In this document: positions 12,493-21,788 of the stretch, piece after piece
How positions within the stretch are numbered: the stretch's first letter is position 1
Layout: each line of letters starts with the position of its first letter
Source: Saprolegnia diclina VS20
Lineage: Eukaryota
Reading direction: 5' to 3'
DNA length: 32,451 nt
Assembly (NCBI RefSeq): GCF_000281045.1
Contig: NW_008246156.1
Location: 8,760 to 41,210 of the forward strand
The notes under the pieces: model-generated
Seen by the model: only the letters and a program-made list of their open reading frames with translations
What the model was told of the DNA's origin: nothing
Databases searched by the model: none
Position numbers and translations under genes: made by a program

Positions 12493-13200
12493 TTAATACA
12501 TAGTCATGACGGCAAACGTGGCTGTGACGAGAGAAAGGGTTATGACGGTGGAGCTAGATTTGCGGATGACGTCGACGGTCGAGTTGTACCCTTGACAGCG
12601 GATCTTGTTGGACTCGCGCGCGATCGTATCTCGGTTCTTCACGGCCGCGACGAGCTCGGTCGCAACCGCTGTGAGCTTGCCTTGCTCGACGATGCCAGGC
12701 ACAGAGCTGTTGGCGCCGTCTGCGAGCAGCCGGTCGGCGAGGACGTTGTGGATGTTGCTAAAGTACTGCGGCACGGACTTGGCGAGCGCGTCGCACTGCT
12801 GGAAGAGCGGCACCGAGAAGCAAATGTCGTTGACGCTGGCGAGGTGCGTGTTGGTCGCGAGACCGTCGGAGCAATCGCCGATGGGCTTGCCCCACTCGAA
12901 GGCTTCCGAGAGCATGGACCGGAGGTACGAGGCTTGCAGCGCCGAGACTGTCGCGTTGCGGAGCAAGATCCCTTTGAGAAAGTTGTCGGCGTTGATGCCA
13001 GCCGAGTTGACCATGTCCGTGACCATGGCGTTGGCGCGGTTGCACTCGGACTGCGCCTCAAGGTCGTTGCACGAACTGCGCTCGTAGCCGCTGACCGACG
13101 ACCCGCAGGGTGGGAAGCTGCAGATTGGCGGGCAAAAGCACCGGGCATCAACGAGAGCGACTACTAGAAGCAGCAGCGTCCAGAACAGCGGTGACGGCAT
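12493..13200 (-). CDS. Secreted Cys-rich, putatively GPI-anchored protein, paralog 2
   Basis: First ATG at 13200 gives MPSPLFWTLLLLVVALVDA|RCFC. Same core as paralog 1, an extra CSFPPC loop, and the tail KSSSTVITLSLVTATFAVMTMY. Confidence 0.9.
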   Translation of the reverse strand: MPSPLFWTLLLLVVALVDARCFCPPICSFPPCGSSVSGYERSSCNDLEAQSECNRANAMVTDMVNSAGINADNFLKGILLRNATVSALQASYLRSMLSEAFEWGKPIGDCSDGLATNTHLASVNDICFSVPLFQQCDALAKSVPQYFSNIHNVLADRLLADGANSSVPGIVEQGKLTAVATELVAAVKNRDTIARESNKIRCQGYNSTVDVIRKSSSTVITLSLVTATFAVMTMY

Positions 13201-13530
13201 TCTGGTAACTGGTCGAAATGCCAAAATGATTGAGCAGATTCGTACCAGATGTGCGATTCGTTGTCGTTGTTGAATTTCTCGCCAGATGGTACCAGAGTGA
13301 TGGTCGGCGCGTCGAACGATGTCTGACGATCCTGCAGCAATCCGTGATGAAGAGCCTCGAGTCTATGTGCGCTGGCAAAACGAATCTACAAGTCCCTGGC
13401 TTGTAGCCCACGCAGAGTTGTTAGGTACAGGGGACCTGAGCGATCGAACATCAACGAACGCACTCTGTCGTCCGCTCGACAAGTAGCTTCACCAACAGCG
13501 CTTGCTCGTCAACACATTTATCGGTTGACT

Positions 13531-14181
13531 ATGGCACGGCGACTCGTTCTTCTCTCGAGTCTCTACCTGGCGACGGCTGTGCTCGGCCGATGCTATTGCG
13601 GAGTCCCTGCCGCGTGCAATGACCTTGAAGCGCAGTCCGAGTGCAACCGCGCGAATGACCAAGTGACTGACATGGTCAACTCGGCCGGCCGCAACGCCGA
13701 CCTCTACCTCGAAGGTCTTCTCTTCAAGAACGCATCTGTGACGCCATCGCAAACGTCGTACCTCCGCTCCAAGCTCTCGGAAGCTTTCGAGTGGGGCAAG
13801 CCCGTCGGCGACTGCTCCGACGGGCTCACCACGAGCACCCACCTCGCCAACGCCGTCGACATTTGCTTCTCAATACCGCTCTTCCAGCAGTGCGACACAC
13901 TCGCAAAGTCTGTGCCGCAGTACTTTAACAACATCCACAACGTACTCTCGGAGCGACTGCTCAACAGCTCCGTGTCGGGCATTCTTGAGAAAGGCAAGCT
14001 GACGACGCTTGCCACCGAGTTAGTTCAGGTGATGAAGGTGCGCTCCTCGATCGCGCGCGAGTCGAACAAGATTCGCTGCAAGGGCTACAACGCGACCACT
14101 GAGATTCTGCTTCGCCCGTCGTCCGCTTGGACCAGCCCCTTGTCCTTCGTCGCCGTCACGATGCTAGCATTGCTTGTCTAG
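13531..14181 (+). CDS. Secreted Cys-rich, putatively GPI-anchored protein, paralog 3
   Basis: MARRLVLLSSLYLATAVLG|RCYCGVPAACNDLEAQSEC, the same core, and the tail PSSAWTSPLSFVAVTMLALLV. Confidence 0.9.
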   Translation: MARRLVLLSSLYLATAVLGRCYCGVPAACNDLEAQSECNRANDQVTDMVNSAGRNADLYLEGLLFKNASVTPSQTSYLRSKLSEAFEWGKPVGDCSDGLTTSTHLANAVDICFSIPLFQQCDTLAKSVPQYFNNIHNVLSERLLNSSVSGILEKGKLTTLATELVQVMKVRSSIARESNKIRCKGYNATTEILLRPSSAWTSPLSFVAVTMLALLV

Positions 14182-14400
14182 TGTCTTATTGGTTCTATAA
14201 GTTCTGATTGCTTCCGCTGCCCATCTCTGCTTCTCAGTGGCCGCCAGCGATCACGGTGGATCGCACGTCGACACAAATTTGGAGGTCACAAGTTCAACGT
14301 TCGGTTGTTGCGTGAGTTGTCATTACCGACCATCATTCTTGCGATTCAGCCAGAAAACCTGCACGCAGATCGACGACGTCACTTTACCTTTTACCTCCCG

Positions 14401-15108
14401 ATGGTCGCACTGCTGTTCGTGTTGGCTCTGCTCGCGGCGCTCGTTGACGCCCGCTGCTACTGCCCGCCGCAGTGCAGCTTCCCCGCCTGCTCGAGCAAAA
14501 GCGACTACCGACGCAGCTCGTGCAACGACCTTGAGGCGCAGTCCGAGTGCAACCGCGCCAACGATCAAGTGACCGACATGGTCAACTCGGCCGGCCGCAA
14601 CGCCGACCTGTACCTCGAAGGTCTTCTCTTTAAGAACGCATCCGTGACGCCGGCGCAAGCGTCGTACCTCCGGTCCAAGCTCTCGGAGGCAATGGAGTGG
14701 GGCAAGCCCGTCGGCGACTGCGCGAATGGGCTCACGACCGACACGCACCTCGCGACGATCAACGACATTTGCTTCTCAATGCCGCTCTTCCAGCAGTGCG
14801 ACGCGCTCGCAAAGTCCGTGCCGCAGTACTTTAGCAACATCCACAACGTCCTCTCGGACCGGCTCTTGGCCGAAGAGCTCAACAACACGATCTCTGGCAT
14901 CGTCGAGAAGGGCAAGCTGTCGCCGCTCGCAACTGAGTTTGTCCAAGTGATCAAACTGCGCGACTCGATCCAGCGCGAAGCCAACAAGATTCGCTGCAAG
15001 GGCTACAACTCGACCGTCGAAATCATCCAAAACAGCGCCGGATCGACCTCAACCCTGCGCATGACGGTCCTCTTCCTCACTGCCATCGCCTTCCTCTACA
15101 CTTTTTAA
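14401..15108 (+). CDS. Secreted Cys-rich, putatively GPI-anchored protein, paralog 4
   Basis: MVALLFVLALLAALVDA|RCYCPPQCSFPAC, the same core, and the tail NSAGSTSTLRMTVLFLTAIAFLYTF. Confidence 0.9.
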   Translation: MVALLFVLALLAALVDARCYCPPQCSFPACSSKSDYRRSSCNDLEAQSECNRANDQVTDMVNSAGRNADLYLEGLLFKNASVTPAQASYLRSKLSEAMEWGKPVGDCANGLTTDTHLATINDICFSMPLFQQCDALAKSVPQYFSNIHNVLSDRLLAEELNNTISGIVEKGKLSPLATEFVQVIKLRDSIQREANKIRCKGYNSTVEIIQNSAGSTSTLRMTVLFLTAIAFLYTF

Positions 15109-15257
15109 CTATAAGTTATCTAAGCATTCAGTATTTGCACGAATCGCAAGTTGCAAGCACAACCCGACGACACGAGCTCGTGGACAGCAGCAGGCCGAGG
15201 TCTTTTATCCGGACGTTCGGATACAGCGGGGCGACACCAAGAGCCGGCTGCCCCTCG

Positions 15258-15312
15258 TGGCCCCAGCCTTGGCTCTGGTCTTGGCCCCAGCCTTGGCTCT
15301 GGTCTTGGCTCT
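15258..15312. repeat. 24-bp tandem repeat (about 2.3 copies)
   Basis: TGGCCCCAGCCTTGGCTCTGGTCT twice exactly, then TGGCTCT. Intergenic, upstream of the glucan synthase. Confidence 0.85.
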
Positions 15313-15581
15313 GCACTGAGATAAACTCGAGTGCTGACTGGTGCACCGAAGGAGAGATTCAGTGGCATCATTTGCGCAAAAGCAGAGACGAAATGAGCCA
15401 TGATACGGTCGTGTGGCGGACGATCTTGGTCATTTGGCTGCTGGCTCTCCTCACGAGTGCACTCTCCTATACAAAAACCAAGAGAGAAGACGTCCTTGTA
15501 CTCTCTCACTGTGGCGATCGAACAAAATATTGGCAAGATCCGGCTGCTTCACTTTCGAATCCTGCGGTGACGACACGCCCG

Positions 15582-18500
15582 ATGGACGGACTTGGACGGC
15601 AGCGCACGCTCCATGACGAAGGCGTCGGCCTTCTCCACGAAGCCATGGCCGCGCAGGCCACTGGCGACCACGCCGCCGCGGACGCCAGCTTTGCGCGCGC
15701 CCGCGCTGTCTTTGAGCAGGCCGTGAGCTTGCGCTTCGACCGCCTTCCCGAGAAGCACGCCGCCGCGCCGCTCGCCGCCAAGATGGATGCGTACCTGCGC
15801 ATGCTCTCGTCGCCGACGAACCGGGGCACGCACTTTGATGTCAACATCCTCGACATGCGCGCGCTGCCACCTCGCTTCCAGAGCGTCCACGCTGCCTACA
15901 CCACGTACGTCCCATGAGTCTTGCATTCTATGGCTCACGTGGACATGGTCGTAGGTGCCCCGGGTTTGAGGGCCGCGATGTCTTTGAGGCGCTCCAGGCG
16001 GCCTTTGGCTTCCAGGAGAGCAGCGTCGCCAACCAAAAGGAGCACGTGACGCTGCTGCTGACCAACTTTTGTGCGCACCTGAGCACGCCCGACGAGCCGG
16101 CGACCGTCGAGGCCGCGGCCGCCAAGTTCCACACGCGGCTCTTTGGCAACTACACCAAGTGGTGCGGCTTTGTGGGCGAGAAGCCGCGGACGTCGTCGTC
16201 GCCGCTTGTGGACATTGTGCTCTTCTTCCTCATGTGGGGCGAGGCAAGCAACTTTCGCCAAACGCCCGAGCTGCTCTGCTGGCTCTTCCACCACCTCGTC
16301 CAAGACGTCCGTCGCGACCACGCCGAGGCGCCGTTTCTGGAGGCGTGCATCACGCCCCTCTACCTCGAGCTCGCCAAGGAAGGCGACAAGAAGACGCCGT
16401 TGGGCGCGCGGGCGCCGCACACGGAGATCCGCAACTACGACGACGTCAACGAGTTCTTCTGGACGAAGAAATGCCTCAAGTACGCGCCTGCAACGATCGC
16501 GGAAGCCGTGGCCAGCGTCGACAAGAAAGGCCGCCCGAACGTCGTGACCAAGACGTTCCTCGAGCGCCGGTCGTGGCTGCGCGCGCTGGTCTCGTTCCGG
16601 CGCATCTTCCTCACCAACATCCTCCTCTTTCTGGCGACCGTGACGTTTGCGCTCAACATGGTGCTTCTCTGCCCGGACAACCCGATCATGTACACGGAGA
16701 ACGTCCTCCGGAACGCGTCGGCCTTTGGGAAGCTCTACGCCTCCGCCAAGCCCGGTCTCGACAACTCGGACGAGCGCAGCTACTTTATGGACGCGGGCGC
16801 CGACATGACAGAGACCAAGTGCAACGTGCCCAAGCTCGCGACCTGCCTCGGCATTGAGCTCATCACCGAGACGACGTTCGGGACGCTGCCGCCGGACTTT
16901 CGCAGTCTCATGAGCGACGTGGCCTTCACGCGCTGCCTCGACCTGACGTCGGGGCGCTGCACGTGCTACATGGACCTCCTCGATGCGTGCTTTGCGCAGA
17001 AGGGCAAGGCGACCGTGTACGCCGACGGCACCGACGCGACGCTCGCGAGCGAAAAGTCGGTCATCGTCTACGACAACAAGAACTGCTTGCCCAAGTGGCG
17101 CAAGGCCGCGATGAACGCGATCTTGCTGCGCGGCGACGGGCAGCTCAACTGCGCCGCGTGCCAGTGGTCGCTCACGACCGTTCTCGGCGCGATCCCGCAG
17201 TTTGGCCAGCAGCTGCTCGACTTTGAGCGCAAGGACATGGGCCCGCTCATGCTGCTCGCGAGCGGCGGCTGCATCGGGCTCTTGATCGTGTGGCAGCTCT
17301 TCAACCGGCTCTTCTCGCGGATCGGCATCGGCTTTGTCGGGCGGTCGCTGTACGTGCCGCTGCGCGTCGAGTGTCGCTACACGTGCTTTTGGGTCTTCCT
17401 CTTCAGCATCAAGCTCCTCTTCGACTACCGCTTCATGGTCAAGAGCCTCGTCGAGACGTCGCTCTTCATCTACGTCTCGGACCCGACCGAGTACCTGAAG
17501 GTGTCGTATTTCATGCTGCAGGTGCCGATCTACAACGTTTTGTACATCGCCTTCCTCTGGGCCCCGGCGTTCCTTGTCTTCCTCTACGACGCGCAGATCT
17601 TCTACGCCATCTTCTCGGTCCTCTACGGGTCCGTCGCTGGCTTCAACCTCAAGATCGGCGAGCTCCGGTCCTTCTCGGTGCTCCGCGCGGCCTTTGGGTC
17701 GATCCCCAAGGTCTTCAACCGCAAGATGGTGCCAAACCTGCTCGAGCCGCCCAAGGACAAGAAGGCCAAGAAGACCAAGAAGCAAGCGATGCGCTCGGAC
17801 GCCGACGGGCCGGGCCCCGAGCGCCACTTCAAGACCATGGACGCCAACGGGTCGTCCCCGCTCACGATCGCGACGCACGCCTACAGCGCGCTATTGGAGC
17901 AGGATGTGCTGAGCGACCGCGCGACCGAAGTGCTCTCGGTGGACGACGTGCCGCTGGACGAACGCCTGGAGCGCGAGTCGTCGACGTCGTCGTCCTCGAA
18001 CGGGTCGGTCAAGGCGCTGGATGCGGTCTTCGGGCTCACGGGCGCCGCGTACGAGCGCTCGATTCCGTTTGCGATGGCGTGGAACCAGTGCCTCGTCTCG
18101 ATGCGCGAGGCCGACGTGCTCAGCAACCGCGAGCTGAGCGTGCTCAGCTACCTCATTGACGCGCAGCGGCTCTATACGCCCGTGTTCCTCACCGCCGGCA
18201 AGCTGGACGAAAGCATCAGCATCGTGCTCGAGTGCGCGGCCGTCTTTGCCAAGCTCGAGAAGGACAAGAAGAAGACCAAGGCGCTCGACAAGGTGCAGGC
18301 GTCGATGATCGCGCGCCTGAGCAAGGACCCGCTGCGGCTCCAGGCCATCTTTGGCTCGTACATCTTTACGTCCAAGGTCCTCAAGCTGCTCATTGGCGAC
18401 CGCCACCCGGAGCTCCACAGCGTCTTCGCGTTTGTCGAAGAGACGGTTTTGACGCAGAACGTGCTCAAGGGCCTCGAGCTCTCGGAGCTCCACGCCGTGC

Positions 18501-21500
18501 GCTCCACGTGCGCGCAGCTCATGCGCGGGATCCAGACGACGGCGGCCAAGGCCAAGACGTCGCCCGAGGCCGTCGACCGGGGCCTGCCCAAGATCCTCGA
18601 GCTCCTCCAAAGCCTCTTTGCGCTCTTCAAGAAGGTCGTGCGCAAGCAGGAGCACCTCGTGGAGCTTCTCAGCGGCAAGGCCGGGTCGTTCATGACCGCT
18701 TCGGGCGAGTACCCGCGCGAGCAGCTCTCGTCGCTCCTGCACGACGAAGCCGCCATGGACATTGTGTCGCGCGCGTACCAGCTGCTCACGGTCGACAACG
18801 TGGACGCGGAGCCGCGGTCGCCCGAGGGCCAGCGCCGCCTGCGCTTCTTCGCCAACTCGCTCTTCATGGCCATGCCCGAGGCCAAGCCCATCGAGCAGAT
18901 GCACTCGTTCTCGATCGCGACGCCGTACTTTAACGAGATCGTCTTGTACTCGGTGGACGAGCTCACGGCCGAGAACGACGACAGCATCCGGCTGCTCTAC
19001 TACCTCCAGACGATCCACCCGGTCGAGTGGACGGCGTTCCTCGAGCGCGTCCACGCAGTTGACACGGCAGACGCGCTCACCAAGTGCCCGGAGGAGGTCC
19101 AGCTCTGGGCATCGTACCGCGGCCAGACACTCGCGCGCACGGTGCGCGGCATGATGTACCACGAAGACGCGATCCGGTTCCTCGCGTGGCTCGAGGTGGG
19201 CGAGAACGCGCCCATGCACGTGCGCGGCTGCCGCTGCAACCGCTGCATCTACCTCGACGAGATGGTCGCGCTCAAGTTCAGCTACGTGTGCACGTGCCAG
19301 ATCTACGGCCAGCAAAAGGCCGCGCGGCTGCCGCAAGCGCTCGACATCGACGTGCTCCTCAAGCGGCACCCGGGCTTCCGCGTCGCCTACGTCGACAAGA
19401 CCAAGGCGGGCGTCGACGGACCGGTCACGTACGCGTCCGTGCTCCTCCGTGCGGTCGGCGACCTCATCGTCGAGGTGTACCGCGTGCAGCTGCCGGGCAA
19501 CCCGATCATCGGCGAGGGCAAGCCGGAGAACCAGAACCACGCGGTGATCTTCACGCGCGGCGAGTTTGTCCAGGCCATCGACATGAACCAAGACGGGTAC
19601 TTTGAGGAGTGCCTCAAGATGCCCAACCTCCTCGCGACGGTCGACGACGCCAAGCACAGCCCCAAGGCGCCCGTGACGATCATTGGCTTCCGCGAGTACG
19701 TCTTCACGGGCGGCGTCTCGAATTTGGCCAACTTTATGCAGATCCAAGAGCTCTCGTTCGTCTCGCTCGGCCAGCGCATGCTCGCCATGTTCCACGTGCG
19801 GCAGCACTACGGCCACCCGGATGTCTTCGACAAGATGTTTGCGATGACGACGGGCGGCACGGCCAAGTCGTCCAAGGGCATCAACCTCTCGGAAGACATT
19901 TTCGCCGGCTTCAACTCGACGCTCCGCGGCGGCCGCGTCACGCACGAAGAGTTCATCCAAGTGGGCAAGGGCCGCGATGTCGGCATGCAGCAGCTCGCGC
20001 TCTTCGAGGCCAAGCTCTCGTCGGGCGCCGGCGAGTGCGTCACGTCCCGCGACGCGATGCGCATGGCGAGCCGCCTCGATTTCTTCCGGCTCCAGTCGTG
20101 GTTCTACGGCAACCTCGGCTGGTACTTCACGCAGACGATGACGGTGTTTGCGATCTACGCGTTCATCTACGGCAAGATGTACTTTTGCCTCTCGGGCATG
20201 GACAAGTTCTACCTCGAGACGGGCCGCATGGGCATCTCGGGCGTCCTCAACACGTCGTGGGCGCTGCAGTTTGGCTTCCTCTTGGTCGTGCCGGTTATTG
20301 CGGTCGTCGGCGTCGAGCGCGGCTTCCGGCACGGCATCAGCTACCTCCTCTGGAACATCATGACGCTCGGGCCGCTCTTCTTTACGTTCCAAATGGGCAA
20401 CCGCATGCACTACTTTGACCGGACGCTCATCCACGGCGGCGCCAAGTACCGCGCGACCGGGCGCGGCTTCACGATCAAGCACGAGAAGTTCGCCGAGCTC
20501 TTCCGGTTCTACGCGTTCAGCCACTTCTACCGCGGCGTCGAGCTCATTGCGCTGCTGCTCATCTGGCACAGCTACGGCACGTTTTCGTGGTGCAACTGCT
20601 CGTGGACGCTCGACATGAGCTACTACAAGGGCACGCAGCCGCTGCCGGCCGAGTGGACCAAGCGCTGCTTTGCGTCGCACTACCAAGAGTGCGTCGCGCC
20701 GACCGAGCAGAGCTACGGCATCATGAGCTACTCGCTCTGGCTCGTCGCCGCCACGTGGCTCTGGTCGCCGTTCATCTTCAACCCGAGCGGCCTCGACTGG
20801 GACAAGGTCATTGAGGACTACCGCGACTGGCAAAACTGGCTCCAGACGAAGAACGACTCGAGCCAGAGCTGGCTCGGCTGGTGGACGTCCGAGGTCTCGG
20901 CGCTCGAGCACTCGACGCCGTTTGCGCGATTCGTGTTTGTCGTCCGCAAGACGCGCTTCCTCTTCCTCGCGATCGGCATCTACCTGCACCTCATGTACCG
21001 CGTGGTCTACGCCAGCCGCAACGAGTCGGTCGCGACGGACGCCAAGACGAGCTCGACGCTCGCGCTCCTCACGCCCTACATCATCCTCGGCGCCTTCTTC
21101 GTCACGCTCTTGGTGCTTGTCTGCTGCGGCTACGTGGCCAACCGCGTGACGAAGCGCTGGAACAAGACGTTCAAGCAGAAGCGGTTGCGCCGGTTCAAGT
21201 TTGACCTGAGCATGCTGGCGCTCACGGGCTTTGTGTTTGTGCTGCTCTTCTTCATCGACATGTCGGACATCCTCGAAGGCGTCCTCGTGCTCGGCATCCT
21301 CGCCTACTGGTTCCTCCAGGTCATGCTCGGCCGCCTCAAGTACACGCACGTCATCATCGAGACGATGGCCGGCGCGTTCGACGTCGCGATCGGCTGGATC
21401 GTCTTTGGCCCGATCCTCTTCATCGCCATGTTCATGCCCTTCCTCGCCGCCTTCCAGCAGCGCGTCATGTTCAACTCGGCGTTCACGTCCGGGCTCGAGG

Positions 21501-21559
21501 TCGCCAAGCTTCTCTCCAACGACGCCAACAAGGCCAAGCCCAAGAAGCGCACCGACTAG
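15582..21559 (+). CDS. 1,3-beta-glucan (callose) synthase, GT48/FKS family, 2 exons
   Basis: FKS domain 1 (FGFQESSVANQKEH; LMWGEASNFRQTPELLC; RNYDDVNEFFW). Catalytic-region motifs RRLRFFANSL, LWASYRGQTLARTVRGMMY, LPGNPIIGEGKPENQNHA, IDMNQD, HYGHPD, INLSEDIFAG, QVGKGRDVG and GGAKYRATGRGF. An intron at 15905-15954 joins the upstream exon (ATG 15582) in frame. Confidence 0.96.
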
Positions 21560-21788
21560 CCCTTTGGCATATAACCTGACTAGCACTTTAACTTGCATAG
21601 CAGCACACTTTTGTACATCAATTTGTGCAACATTGTCATTTCCTGGGGTTGGTCGCGTTCGATTGGCCGTGGACTGGAACGCTGGATTCCCACTGGCTGG
21701 ATTTCTCGACGGAATTTCATCCAATCAAAACACGCGAAAAAGCTCCAGCCCACGTCGCGAGGTTGTGCAAACGAGCCAAGAAGATTTA

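Noticed and set aside
11422..15108. Elicitin or RXLR/Crinkler effector identity for the four paralogs
   Set aside because: Eight Cys with non-elicitin spacing, no RXLR-dEER or LFLAK motif, and a GPI-like tail.
15135..15581. Trp/Pro-rich upstream extension of the ORF leading into the glucan synthase
   Set aside because: It derives from the 24-bp tandem repeat and lacks codon bias. ATG 15582 is the better start.
17891..21724. 1277-aa antisense ORF (also 15935-17878, 23868-25607, 4977-6005 and 6791-7726)
   Set aside because: These are shadow ORFs opposite real genes, caused by strong GC3 bias. They are Arg/Glu/Val/Ala-rich with no motifs.
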